Below, piece after piece: positions 1 through 10,018 of a DNA stretch of 64,000 nucleotides (position 1 is its first letter; every line of letters starts with the position of its first letter). The notes beneath the pieces are model-generated. The model did no database searches and was not told the DNA's origin. It saw only the letters and a program-made list of their open reading frames with translations. A program made the position numbers and the translations under genes. Location of the stretch: positions 3,392,001 through 3,456,000 of the forward strand of contig OY762069.1 of the NCBI GenBank assembly GCA_963665095.1, read 5' to 3'. Source of the DNA: an uncultured Desulfobacter sp. Lineage in GTDB: Bacteria > Desulfobacterota > Desulfobacteria > Desulfobacterales > Desulfobacteraceae.

Positions 1-3000
1 AGCCGGTTTCTCAATGAAAAAGGCATTGTATGCAAGGCCTTTCATGCAGGCCGGGAAGAGCCGGACAAGCGCAATATCCAGGATGAATTCATTGCCGGCA
101 GTATACCTGTCATATGCGCCACCAACGCCTTTGGCATGGGTATTGATAAAAAGGACATCCGCCTGGTTATCCATGCCGATATTCCCGGCTCCCTTGAAAA
201 CTACCTTCAGGAGGCGGGAAGGGCGGGCCGGGATCAGGGACCGTCCGAATGCATCCTTCTGTACGAACAGGATGACATTGACAACCAGTTTTCCCTGAAT
301 GCCTACTCAAAACTCTGTCTGAAAGATATCAAAAAAATCCTGGGCGTGCTTAAAAAGCGGGGGAAAAAGCATCCGGAAATTGTGATTACGCCCGGAGAGA
401 TCATGCGCCTGATCGGGTATGACAATTTCGGCAGCGATGATTCAAGGGCGCGGGTGGCAGTGGCCTGGCTGGAGAGAAGGGGGTTTATCCGGCGCGATTT
501 TAACCAGACCCTGTTTTTTAAAGGGGTGCCGCTGGTCAAAAGCCTGGATGACGCCCAGGTAAAAATCAAGCGTCTCAACCTCTCCGCAACCGTCCGGGCT
601 GTTTATCTCACGTTGCTGGAGACGCTTTTTAACGCAAAAGAGAACTCACTTTTATCAGCAGATTCCCTGTGTGAGGCCTTAAGCCGCATTGATAACCTGC
701 CGGACCGGTATCTGGATCCCCGCACCATCATGATTGAACTGTCCAACATGGCCAAAGCCGGCCTGATCCGGGAGGGCAGTTTCATGACCGCATTTATCCG
801 GCCAAAGGGCCAGAATAGCGCAACTGAACTGCTGGACCTGTTTTCACGAATGGAGCTGGCCATGGCAGATCTGATGGTGGAACTCTCCCCGGAATCCAGC
901 GCCGATACCCCGGATGTCATCAACCTGCGCCTTCTGGCCCAGCGGCTGAAGGACAACGGGTTCTCCACAGCCACCACAGACATCTGCACAGTCCTTCTTC
1001 ACATCATGGCCTCGGACAAGGGGACGACGGGTGCCAAAAGCCTGAAGATTGCCGGCAAAAAAGGGGCGGAACGTCAGCGGGTGTTTGTCAATGTGCCCTG
1101 GCAGATCCTTAAGGAACGCATGGACACCCGCCACAAATGCGCACGTGTCTGCCTTGAGGCCATGACAAGCCGTCTTCCGGCCGACCTTAAGTACAGCAGG
1201 GCCGAAGTCCTGAGCCGTTTTTTCATCTCCGACATCACCCAGGCCATGACCGGGGATATTTTCCTGTCAGGATTCAAAGGGGATGCCAACCGGCTGGTGG
1301 AATCCAGCCTGCTGTTTCTCCATGACACAAAGGTGATCACCCTGCAGAACGGCCTTGGGGTATTCCGGCAGGCCTTTACCCTTAGCATCGAAGACCATGC
1401 CGGCACCCGCCGCTACACCAAAGGGGATTACGAGCCCCTTTCCCAGCATTACGACCAGAAAAATGTCCAGGTCCATGTTATGGAGAAATATGCCCAGATC
1501 GGCATGGAGGAGTTTGCCCGGCTTGGCATGAAAAAATTGAAAAAAGCCATGGATTTTGTCAGGGACTATTTCAGCCAGTCCAGCGACCGCTTTATTCACG
1601 CACACTTTGCCGACCAGAAAAAAATCATTACCACGGCCATGACTGCCGCAGCGTACAGCGACATTATACAGTGCTTAAACAACAAGGTGCAGGAAGCCAT
1701 TGTGGCAACCCCGGAGGAGCACAATATCCTGGTTCTGGCAGGACCGGGTTCCGGAAAAACCCGGACCATTGTCCACAGATGCGCCTGGCTGATCAAAGCA
1801 AAATCAGTTCCCCCGGAAAGCATCCTTGTCCTGTGCTTTAACCACAGCACCATGATTGAACTTAAAGCCCGGATCCGGGCCCTGACAGGAAAAAGGGCAG
1901 CCCAGGTCACGGCCATGACCTTCCACGGCCTTGCCATGCGGCTCACAGGCCACTGCCACATGGACCCGGACAAGGATAAAAAAACATTCAGTGAGACCGA
2001 TTTTAACCACTATATTGATGAGGCCATTGCCGTTCTCACCGGTAAAAAGCCGATACCGGGCGTGGACCAGGCCCGGCAGTATTTTCTGGCCCGGTACAGA
2101 TATATTCTGGTGGACGAATACCAGGACATTGACCAGCGCCAGTACGACTTTATCACAGCGCTCACCGGCCGCCTGGAAGCCGAAGAAGAGGCAAAGATCG
2201 CCATCATGGCCGTGGGGGATGATGACCAGAGCATTTACGGATTCCGGGACGCCAACGTCAAATACATCCAGTGTTTCAGGCAGGATTATCAGGCCCGTGA
2301 ATTTTATCTGACCCAGAATTACCGCTGCCCCCATCCGGTCATTGAAACGGCCAACCACCTGATCGGGATAAACAGGGACCGGATGAAGACGGACCAGCCC
2401 TGCCGAATCAATGACAGGCGGCGCCAGTCAGTGTTTATGCCGGATAAAACCCCTGGGGACCAGCGGGTCGAAATGGTTCATTGTGACACCATTGCAGGGC
2501 AGGCCGTTTATACCGCACTTTGTATTGATGCCCTTTTAAAACAGCCCGGCACCCGGCCCCGGGACATTGCCGTGGTCTCCCGCCAGGGTATCGGCTTCCC
2601 CGCCCTTGTGGCCCTGCGCATGGCTTTTGCCAGAAAGGGAATTCCCCTGTGTTACAGCCTGAAATCCAGCCCGGGCTTTCCCATATTCCGCATCCGGGAA
2701 TTCCAGGATCTTTTGCAATTCCTGACAGCCCGTGAAAAAGAGCGCATACGCCCTGAAGTTTTAAAGGAAGAGATAGCGGCCCTGTCTGATGAGGCTTCAA
2801 ATCCATGGGCAGACCAGGTTCAAACCATCATGGATGACTTTTGCCGGGTCACCCGGGACATGGATATTTCCGTATCCCGGGCCAAAGAGTTTGCCTTAAG
2901 CGCCTTTCTCGAGGAAAAACAGGCCAGGAAAACCGGCACAGGCGTTTTCGCAGGCACTGTCCACAGCGTCAAGGGCATGGAGTTTGACCATGTATTTATC

Positions 3001-3564
3001 CTTGACCACGGATGGGCAAACCGGAATATAGAAGAGGAGCGCCGCCTTTTTTATGTGGGCATGACCCGGGCGAAAAAACATCTGACCCTGTTCACCATTC
3101 AGGGATCAGGCAACCCCCATACTGCAGCATTGGCGGGGCACCCTTACACTTTTGCCTGCAACGCCCCTGCTGCAGAAATAAAAGGATTCTCACAGGATCT
3201 GACCGTAACCACCCTGGGCATGGAGGATATTTTTATCTCCTATCCCAAAGGGTTCAACCGGGACCATCCCGTCCACCAGCATCTGGCAGCCCTGAAAACA
3301 GGGGACCGCATGTTTCTTGAAGAAAAGGGGACGCATATTTATATTTTTGATTCCAAACACAGGTGCGTGGGCAGATTATCCCGCAAAGGGGCTGATACAT
3401 GGAGAGGCCGTCTGTCCGGAATTATCAGTGCCCGGCTTTTAGGGGTGGTACTGCGAGATGCCGATGACGCTGATCCCCCCGTAACAAATGATACCTTCGT
3501 CGCCCAGTGGTATCTGCCTGTTGTAGAAATCCTTCATTCGCAACAGGAATGGTCCAGGGGCTGA
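1..3564 (+). CDS. RecQ-family (SF2) helicase fused to UvrD/PcrA-family (SF1) helicase, 5'-partial
   Basis: Frame is open from base 1 (..KAFHAG..ICATNAFGMGIDK..YLQEAGRAGRD = RecQ C-terminal helicase motifs). It then carries UvrD motifs AGPGSGKT, ILVDEYQD, VGDDDQSIYGFR, LTQNYR, TVHSVKGMEF and EEERRLFYVGMTRAK. Confidence 0.9.
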   Translation, partial: SRFLNEKGIVCKAFHAGREEPDKRNIQDEFIAGSIPVICATNAFGMGIDKKDIRLVIHADIPGSLENYLQEAGRAGRDQGPSECILLYEQDDIDNQFSLNAYSKLCLKDIKKILGVLKKRGKKHPEIVITPGEIMRLIGYDNFGSDDSRARVAVAWLERRGFIRRDFNQTLFFKGVPLVKSLDDAQVKIKRLNLSATVRAVYLTLLETLFNAKENSLLSADSLCEALSRIDNLPDRYLDPRTIMIELSNMAKAGLIREGSFMTAFIRPKGQNSATELLDLFSRMELAMADLMVELSPESSADTPDVINLRLLAQRLKDNGFSTATTDICTVLLHIMASDKGTTGAKSLKIAGKKGAERQRVFVNVPWQILKERMDTRHKCARVCLEAMTSRLPADLKYSRAEVLSRFFISDITQAMTGDIFLSGFKGDANRLVESSLLFLHDTKVITLQNGLGVFRQAFTLSIEDHAGTRRYTKGDYEPLSQHYDQKNVQVHVMEKYAQIGMEEFARLGMKKLKKAMDFVRDYFSQSSDRFIHAHFADQKKIITTAMTAAAYSDIIQCLNNKVQEAIVATPEEHNILVLAGPGSGKTRTIVHRCAWLIKAKSVPPESILVLCFNHSTMIELKARIRALTGKRAAQVTAMTFHGLAMRLTGHCHMDPDKDKKTFSETDFNHYIDEAIAVLTGKKPIPGVDQARQYFLARYRYILVDEYQDIDQRQYDFITALTGRLEAEEEAKIAIMAVGDDDQSIYGFRDANVKYIQCFRQDYQAREFYLTQNYRCPHPVIETANHLIGINRDRMKTDQPCRINDRRRQSVFMPDKTPGDQRVEMVHCDTIAGQAVYTALCIDALLKQPGTRPRDIAVVSRQGIGFPALVALRMAFARKGIPLCYSLKSSPGFPIFRIREFQDLLQFLTAREKERIRPEVLKEEIAALSDEASNPWADQVQTIMDDFCRVTRDMDISVSRAKEFALSAFLEEKQARKTGTGVFAGTVHSVKGMEFDHVFILDHGWANRNIEEERRLFYVGMTRAKKHLTLFTIQGSGNPHTAALAGHPYTFACNAPAAEIKGFSQDLTVTTLGMEDIFISYPKGFNRDHPVHQHLAALKTGDRMFLEEKGTHIYIFDSKHRCVGRLSRKGADTWRGRLSGIISARLLGVVLRDADDADPPVTNDTFVAQWYLPVVEILHSQQEWSRG

Positions 3565-3572
3565 CGCCGGGC

Positions 3573-4421
3573 CTAAACCTCCGAATCAAAATGCAGGCTT
3601 AGGCCTGCACCGGTTTCCTTCAGCGGAGCCACTTTGGACAACGCTATTTTTGATGAAAGATCTGTGCAGTGGCAGGCGTGCAGGGCTTTGGGTGTTATCT
3701 GCCGGAAAAATTCCAGGGTCCCCGCCATCTGGGACTGGGGTGGATTTAACAGGTGGAATCCACCGATAATATCGGCGATTTGATCTTCCTTGCACACATT
3801 CCGGGCATGGGAGATGATATTACAGATCCCGGAATGCGAACACCCGGTAATAATAACAAGGCCCTGATCTGATTTGTAAGCAAGAGCAGTGTCGTCAGGA
3901 ATCAGGTCCGGTACAGGCCCTGCCTCGGTCTGCTTTATCCCCAGGGGCGTTTTCCCTTCAAAATCATTTTCCCTGGGGATTTCACCTAAAAAGGTAAGCC
4001 GGGGACTCAGGTTTACAGGGGCTTTACCTAACGCCAGTTCCATATGCCGCCCGGCCTTCTCCTTTGAGACAAGGGAGCCGATTTCTGTCAGTCCGCCAAT
4101 ACCCACGGAGCAAAAAACTTCCGGATGGGCCACCAGGGTCGGTGGCTGAACAGGCCTGCCCTCAATAATCCCCTCGGCCAGATACCGGATGTACGGATCA
4201 AGGCCCCAGGTATGGTCCAGATGACTGTGGGACAGTACCAGATAATCCAGGCGGGACAGATCCTTTCCCAGCTTTGCGGCATTTTTCAGAAACAGGTCTG
4301 AATACCCCACATCAAACAATACATTCACATCGTCATCCTCAATGAGAATGGACAGGCCTGGCTCGGCGGTCAGGTAGCGATCAATAAAAGTATTATTATC
4401 CACCAGAAGTGTAAGGTCCAT
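3573..4421 (-). CDS. MBL-fold metallo-hydrolase
   Basis: SHSHLDHTWG (HxHxDH), GCSHSG, GGFHL and HCT motifs; ATG at 4421 behind a G-rich RBS. Confidence 0.85.
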   Translation of the reverse strand: MDLTLLVDNNTFIDRYLTAEPGLSILIEDDDVNVLFDVGYSDLFLKNAAKLGKDLSRLDYLVLSHSHLDHTWGLDPYIRYLAEGIIEGRPVQPPTLVAHPEVFCSVGIGGLTEIGSLVSKEKAGRHMELALGKAPVNLSPRLTFLGEIPRENDFEGKTPLGIKQTEAGPVPDLIPDDTALAYKSDQGLVIITGCSHSGICNIISHARNVCKEDQIADIIGGFHLLNPPQSQMAGTLEFFRQITPKALHACHCTDLSSKIALSKVAPLKETGAGLSLHFDSEV

Positions 4422-4655
4422 TGTCCCCCCCCCCTTTGGGTTTAAAATTCCCAGCCTGGATACAGTTATCTGCCACTGCACGGGCTGTCATGGGGTTGAT
4501 AGTGTTTTTTCAAATGCCTCTGCTTAACTTACACATATCCTAAGAGAAATCAACTGATGATGACGATTGTTTTTTTGACCTTGGGACTTATCCGGGTAAA
4601 AGTAGTGCATGGCACTTCTCTCTGGGCCGAATTCCACTACGCATGCGAGGCCGCC

Positions 4656-4955
4656 TTAAATTTTAAGCACCATAAACACATAATCCCCATCATTAATATC
4701 AATGGTGAGATTGGCCCCGCGTCCTTCTGCATAACGGATCCAGAAAGGCTTTTTATTCAGGCCGCACTCATAATCCGGATAGGTCTGGCCGGTAATGCCG
4801 TTTTTCCAGGACAAAATCATGGGATGGGAACAAAGCCCCAAAGCCTTGTCCTTAGCCGCCTGTTTGGCTGTTTCAAAATCGAGGTCTGGCAAATTAATAT
4901 GCATGTTGATATAGTCACTGGACTGGTTTTGGGTGGTATCATGAATCTGTACCAT
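4656..4955 (-). CDS. Small conserved protein, AF1514-like family
   Basis: 99 aa, strong AAGGAGG RBS; PMILSW..EC..YA..GANLTIDINDGDYVF pattern recalled from AF1514-type proteins. Confidence 0.6.
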   Translation of the reverse strand: MVQIHDTTQNQSSDYINMHINLPDLDFETAKQAAKDKALGLCSHPMILSWKNGITGQTYPDYECGLNKKPFWIRYAEGRGANLTIDINDGDYVFMVLKI

Positions 4956-5143
4956 AAGCCCTCCTTATATAACTGCCACGGGATGCCCGGCCTTTAAAGC
5001 CGGTTCACCCCCGCAACAAAATTATAATTTTTAAACAATTCTTAGTTGTCCATGCCCAATTTAGGGGCATACCAAACAATAACCCTGATTTTTTTATTTG
5101 ACAACTGCCGGCAGATTTACTCCGGCAAAAAATACTGAGCTAC

Positions 5144-5845
5144 ATGGGCAGCAACATTAAAAAAACGATATTTGACTGGATTAGAAAGGCAGTGCTCAGG
5201 CTGGTTCTGCTCCTGGTGGCAGTCAGTTTCCTCCAGGTGGCTGCACTGACATTTTTTAATCCGCCCGGAACGGTCAATATGGTCTACGAATGGGCCATTG
5301 CGACATGGAAAGATATGGCCTTTAAATCCAGGGCCTACGAGTGGACAGATATTAAAGATATTTCACCCTATCTTCAAAAGGCAGTGCTGGCGTCTGAAGA
5401 CCAGCGCTTTTTTCACCACCACGGGTTTGATTTTACTGAAATAAAACACGCCCTAGGTGATATCATCACCGGAAAAGGACTTCGCGGAGCCTCCACGATC
5501 AGCATGCAGGCGGCCCGAAGTCTTTTTCTACCATCAAGCCGGTCCGTGATCCGAAAGATAGCTGAAGCCTGGTACACCGTTATCATTGAGCTGGTCTGGA
5601 GTAAAAAAAGAATTCTGGAGATCTATTTGAATACCGTGGACTGGGGGAAGGCCAATGTGGGAGCCCAAGCCGCAGCCCAAGCCTATTTTTCCTGCAATGC
5701 CAGGGATCTGACAGCGGACCAGGCCGCCCTTTTAGCGGCCATCCTGCCAAGCCCCCACAAATGGTCAGCCGTTAATCCCACGCCCTATATTATCCAGCGC
5801 AAGGAACGGATTCTGAAACAGATGCCGCCGATGCCGGCCTTTTAA
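5144..5845 (+). CDS. mtgA: Monofunctional biosynthetic peptidoglycan transglycosylase
   Basis: N-terminal TM; ASEDQRFFHHHGFD, RGASTISMQ, RK..E and KKRILEIYLN GT51 motifs. Confidence 0.92.
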   Translation: MGSNIKKTIFDWIRKAVLRLVLLLVAVSFLQVAALTFFNPPGTVNMVYEWAIATWKDMAFKSRAYEWTDIKDISPYLQKAVLASEDQRFFHHHGFDFTEIKHALGDIITGKGLRGASTISMQAARSLFLPSSRSVIRKIAEAWYTVIIELVWSKKRILEIYLNTVDWGKANVGAQAAAQAYFSCNARDLTADQAALLAAILPSPHKWSAVNPTPYIIQRKERILKQMPPMPAF

Positions 5846-5898
5846 ACCCGTTCTTTCCATCAACGGCGCCTGACCAATAAAAAAAGTTCGGGCCCCGT

Positions 5899-6021
5899 GG
5901 TTTGGACGATAAGTTGCCCAGATGCAAGGCACAAAAAAATTTAAAACCGGAGCAACCTCGCGGTTGTGAGGATTTTAAATTTTTTTGTAACGCCGCAGGT
6001 GGGTGACTTTTCGTTCAAACC
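5899..6021. repeat. ~123-bp imperfect palindromic (REP/MITE-like) element between convergent genes
   Basis: Terminal arms ggtttggacgataagttgccca / tgggtgacttttcgttcaaacc; inner arms aaaaaaatttaaaacc / ggattttaaattttttt; core caacc / ggttg. Confidence 0.7.
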
Positions 6022-7122
6022 CTATTTAAAATCTACCAGTTCTACGTCAAATATGAGAGTAGACTTAGGCGGAATAGCCCCGGGATAGCCCCGTTCCCCA
6101 TATGCCAGCTGATAGGGAATCAGCAGCTGCCGGGCCTCGCCTTTTTTCATGCCTTCAATTCCAATGTCCCAGCCCCTGATCACCTGGCCCCTGCCAAGAA
6201 CGAATTCAATGGGTTTTCCCCGGTCCCGGGAGGAATCAAATTTTTTACCGTTGGTAAACGATCCGATATAATGCACCTGCACCGTGGCGCCGGCCGCAAC
6301 GGAAGGGCCTTCCCCGTCCTGCACCGGCACATACATCAGGCCGGATTCTGTTTCTACGGCATTGGGATATTTTTCATGCATCTCTTTTTTAAACGCTTCC
6401 ATGTCTTTTTCTCTTTCCTTTTCAATGACGGCTCTTTTTTCTGCAATAATTGCGTCAAACCCTGCCTGGTCCGTTCTGAACGCTTTGGCCTCATCACCAA
6501 TGGCCAGGATCTCAACGGTGTTTATCTTATCGCCTTTTTCAATGGCATTGACCACATCCATGCCCTTGACCACCTTGCCGAACACGGTGTGTTTGCCATC
6601 CAGCCAGGGGGTGGCTTTATGGGTGATGAAAAACTGACTGCCATTGGTGCCGGGGCCTGCATTTGCCATGGAGAGGATTCCGGGGCTGTCGTGTTTGAGG
6701 TCAGGACAGAACTCATCCGGAAACTGATATCCGGGTCCTCCCCGGCCTGTGCCTGTGGGGTCTCCGCCCTGGATCATGAAATCAGGGATCACCCGGTGAA
6801 AGGTGAGCCCGTCATAAAATTTCTCCCCGTTTTTCACTTTCGTGTTCATCTTACCCAGGGCCAACCCGGCAAAATTGGTAACGGTCAGCGGGGTCTGCTT
6901 ATAAAAAAGTGCCAGAAGGATCGTTCCCCTGTTTGTGTCCATTTCAGCATACAGGCCGTCTGCCAGGTCCGTTCCGGTCTCGGTTGCGGCCCCGGTGACA
7001 GGCACGACGGCCAGCACAAACAAAAAAACTAAAGACAGCAGTGGCGTTATAGATCCCGGGCAATTTTTTATTTGCGTATGGTTACGCCGTATCATTAAAG
7101 GCATTTCAAAATTGTATCTCAT
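6022..7122 (-). CDS. Peptidyl-prolyl isomerase, cyclophilin + FKBP fusion with signal peptide
   Basis: [15 protein letters not shown] and [18 protein letters not shown] (cyclophilin); [33 protein letters not shown] (FKBP). Start codon uncertain. Confidence 0.93.
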   Translation of the reverse strand: MRYNFEMPLMIRRNHTQIKNCPGSITPLLSLVFLFVLAVVPVTGAATETGTDLADGLYAEMDTNRGTILLALFYKQTPLTVTNFAGLALGKMNTKVKNGEKFYDGLTFHRVIPDFMIQGGDPTGTGRGGPGYQFPDEFCPDLKHDSPGILSMANAGPGTNGSQFFITHKATPWLDGKHTVFGKVVKGMDVVNAIEKGDKINTVEILAIGDEAKAFRTDQAGFDAIIAEKRAVIEKEREKDMEAFKKEMHEKYPNAVETESGLMYVPVQDGEGPSVAAGATVQVHYIGSFTNGKKFDSSRDRGKPIEFVLGRGQVIRGWDIGIEGMKKGEARQLLIPYQLAYGERGYPGAIPPKSTLIFDVELVDFK

Positions 7123-7317
7123 TCATGTTTCCTGAATCAAAAAGGTTTATTTTACAAGCCTGTTGTTTTGCGGTGAGGATAGTAACATGTTTTCCAATAA
7201 ATTCAAACGAAGATCAACCTGCCTGGTCCTGCGTAGAAACTTAATTTGCCCAAGACTTCCGGATAGTTCCGTCTAAGTCCCCGGGACCGATACAGTCACC
7301 TGTTTTTTATACAGGAA

Positions 7318-8556
7318 CTATTCATTGACGGTGCCATAAAATTTCTTGATCAGCTCCAGGACATATTCAATATCCGCACGGGTGTGGCTGGCATTAATCT
7401 GAAACCGGATGGTCTCATCGCCTTTGGGAACAACCGGGAAGGTCAAGCCCACCACCAGCACCCCGTTTTCGTAAAGATAATTTACCAGCTCACGGGTTTT
7501 GGCGGTGTCCCTGACCATGAGGGGCACCACGGGATGGGGCCCGTCAATGGATTCAAGGGACAACTTTTTAAGACCGTTGCGAAAGGCTTTTGTAATGGTG
7601 CCCAGGTGATCCAGCAGGTCTAAGCCCTGGTCACTGTCACAGATGTCGATGGCAGTTGCGGCCGCCGCACAGTCTGCAACGCTTAAAGGGTTGGTGTAGA
7701 TGTAGGTGTCGGCCTTTTGCCGGACCGTTTCAATAATAGTTTCGCTTGCTGAGATAAAACCGCCATTCACGCCAAAGGCTTTGCCGAAGGTACCGATAAT
7801 CACATCGGGTCTGGCGCCTGCATGCTCGCAGGTACCTCTGCCGGTGGCACCATAGGCCCCGATGCCGTGGGAATCGTCCACGACCGTTATGACCCCGTCT
7901 TTAAATTTGTCTTCATAGGGTTTGCACACCTTTTTGATTTCTTTGACAGGGGCAAAATCCCCCCGCATGGAGAAAATCCCGTCAAAAATGACCACCACAC
8001 GTTCCATCTTTCCGTCCACCTCATCAAGGCAGCGTTTCAGATCGGTCATGTCATTGTGTTTAAAAATCCCTTTGTTGCCCGAAGGGATATTTGAAATACG
8101 CATGGCCCTTATAATAGAGTTATGATTGAGCTGGTCCCCGATCCAATGCGTTTTTTTACTGGAAATGGACAGGGCCAGGCCGCAATTGGCCGTATATGCG
8201 GAATTAAAAATTTTTGCACACGGTTTGCCTGTGAATTCGGCAATCCGCTTTTCCAATGCCGTGTGGTAGGAAAATGTTCCGTCTATAAATCTGACGGCAC
8301 CCGGGCCCACGCCAAATTCCCGTGTTGCTTTGTCAGCGGCGTCAACCAGCGCCGGGTGGAAGGACAAGGAGAGATAAGAGTTGGAGTTAAGCCGGATAAA
8401 CTCTTTGTCAGACCCTTCAAGCCGGTATCTTGGCCCTGAATCGTTTTTTGGGGGAATAAACTGCGTGATCACTCTTTCCGGTGCTTTGGCCCTTCCTTCT
8501 GCCGCCAGGGCCAAAAGTTCCGACTCAAGACTTTTGTCCAGTTTGTCTGTTGTCAT
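7318..8556 (-). CDS. kbl: 2-amino-3-ketobutyrate CoA ligase (glycine C-acetyltransferase), PLP class II
   Basis: NSNSYLSL, AVRFIDGT, DDSHGIG and GTFGKAFG motifs; directly downstream of tdh. Confidence 0.85.
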   Translation of the reverse strand: MTTDKLDKSLESELLALAAEGRAKAPERVITQFIPPKNDSGPRYRLEGSDKEFIRLNSNSYLSLSFHPALVDAADKATREFGVGPGAVRFIDGTFSYHTALEKRIAEFTGKPCAKIFNSAYTANCGLALSISSKKTHWIGDQLNHNSIIRAMRISNIPSGNKGIFKHNDMTDLKRCLDEVDGKMERVVVIFDGIFSMRGDFAPVKEIKKVCKPYEDKFKDGVITVVDDSHGIGAYGATGRGTCEHAGARPDVIIGTFGKAFGVNGGFISASETIIETVRQKADTYIYTNPLSVADCAAAATAIDICDSDQGLDLLDHLGTITKAFRNGLKKLSLESIDGPHPVVPLMVRDTAKTRELVNYLYENGVLVVGLTFPVVPKGDETIRFQINASHTRADIEYVLELIKKFYGTVNE

Positions 8557-8585
8557 ATGACCGCCTTATTTTTGCAATTTAAAAT

Positions 8586-9635
8586 TCAAGTCCAGTCCAG
8601 TATCACTTTGCCGGCATTTTGAGACCGCGCTACATTGAAGCCCTTCTCAAACTGCGTATAATGGTACCTGTGGGTAATCAAAGGCGTGATATCAAGGCCG
8701 CTTTGGATCATGGCCGTCATTTTATACCAGGTTTCGTACATCTGCCGCCCATAAATGCCTTTGATGGTGAGCATGTTGAATACAACCTTGTTCCAGTCAA
8801 TGGCCACCTGCCCGGGCATGATACCTAAAAGAGCAATTTTGCCGCCATGGAACATGTTTTCCAGGATAGCGTTCAATGCCGCCGGGCTTCCGGACATCTC
8901 CATGGCCACATCAAACCCCTCTTTCATGCCAAGTTCCCTTTGAACTTCGGCAAGGTCTTCATCTGCCGCATTTACCACCCGGGTGGCACCGGATTTCTTA
9001 GCAAGATCCAGCCGAAACGAGTTAAGGCCTGTCACCACAATATTTCTGGCACCGGCATGTTTTGCAATGGCTGCGGCCATGCACCCGATGGGGCCGGCCC
9101 CTGTGATCAGCACATCTTCCCCAAGAACATCAAAGGTCAAGGCGGTATGAACGGCATTTCCCAAAGGGTCAAAACAGGCCAGAACTTCCAAAGGGATTTT
9201 ACTATCGCAAAACCACACATTAGTGACCGGGATGGCCAGATACTCGGCAAAGGCACCGGGCCGGTTGACGCCTACGCCTTTTGTGTCCCGGCACAGGTGG
9301 CGGCGCCCGGCAAGACAGTTTCGGCACTGGCCGCAGATAATATGCCCCTCTCCTGACACCAGGTCTCCGGGCCTGCATTTTTTAACATGGGACCCCACAG
9401 CCACAATTTCACCCACAAATTCGTGTCCGATGTGCATGGGCACGGGGATGGTCTTTTGGGACCACTCATCCCAGTTATAAATATGAACATCCGTGCCGCA
9501 GATGGCTGTTTTCAGAATCTTGATAAGCACTTCGTTGTACCTTATCCCAGGGACAGGGACCTCTTCCAGCCACAGACCTTCCCTTGGATGGGCCTTTACC
9601 AGGGCCTTCATAGTATTTGGAATGGATGACGTCAT
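8586..9635 (-). CDS. tdh: L-threonine 3-dehydrogenase
   Basis: [35 protein letters not shown] and [14 protein letters not shown], closely matching Tdh. Confidence 0.95.
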   Translation of the reverse strand: MTSSIPNTMKALVKAHPREGLWLEEVPVPGIRYNEVLIKILKTAICGTDVHIYNWDEWSQKTIPVPMHIGHEFVGEIVAVGSHVKKCRPGDLVSGEGHIICGQCRNCLAGRRHLCRDTKGVGVNRPGAFAEYLAIPVTNVWFCDSKIPLEVLACFDPLGNAVHTALTFDVLGEDVLITGAGPIGCMAAAIAKHAGARNIVVTGLNSFRLDLAKKSGATRVVNAADEDLAEVQRELGMKEGFDVAMEMSGSPAALNAILENMFHGGKIALLGIMPGQVAIDWNKVVFNMLTIKGIYGRQMYETWYKMTAMIQSGLDITPLITHRYHYTQFEKGFNVARSQNAGKVILDWT

Positions 9636-9797
9636 GATAAAAATCCTTATTCAAAAGGTGTGCTTTCATCCTGCCTTTACATATATCAAATGTCAATGGG
9701 GCACACAAAAACAGATATTATTCCACTTGAAATCTAATTCTCAGAATGATATTCATAATATTTAAAATTTTAATGAATATTATTTGGAATATCCCCG

Positions 9798-10018
9798 ATA
9801 GAAGACAAAATAATACTAACAATAGAGATCCAGCAGATTGCGAATCAATCCATGATAGATATCATCGGGTTCACCCATGCCGCCCATTTTCCAATTACCT
9901 GTTAAAGCACAGCCCGCGCAAAGATCCCGGCAATGCCCTGACAAATGCGAAATCAATTATTATTGCCGGTATATATATTTGAGGGCTTACCATGCCTGAG
10001 TGGGAAAACTTGGCATTT
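9798..10018 (+). pseudogene. Decayed N-terminal fragment of an epoxyqueuosine-reductase (QueG)-like protein
   Basis: Joined frames read EIQQIANQSMIDIIGFTHA / PFSNYLLKHSPRKDPGNALTNAKSIIIAGIYI*GLTMPEW, with one frameshift and an internal TGA. D..GF..A and DP..L..AKSII resemble the QueG N-terminus. Confidence 0.4.

Noticed and set aside
4557..4997. 146-aa plus-strand ORF
   Set aside because: Overlaps the minus-strand 99-aa gene, which has a strong RBS and a recognisable family pattern.
6271..7032. 253-aa plus-strand ORF
   Set aside because: Antisense to the conserved PPIase; a typical GC-codon artefact.
9980..9982. TGA as selenocysteine in the QueG-like fragment
   Set aside because: The fragment also has a frameshift and is truncated; the context (IYI*G) suggests GGA to TGA decay, not a Cys position.
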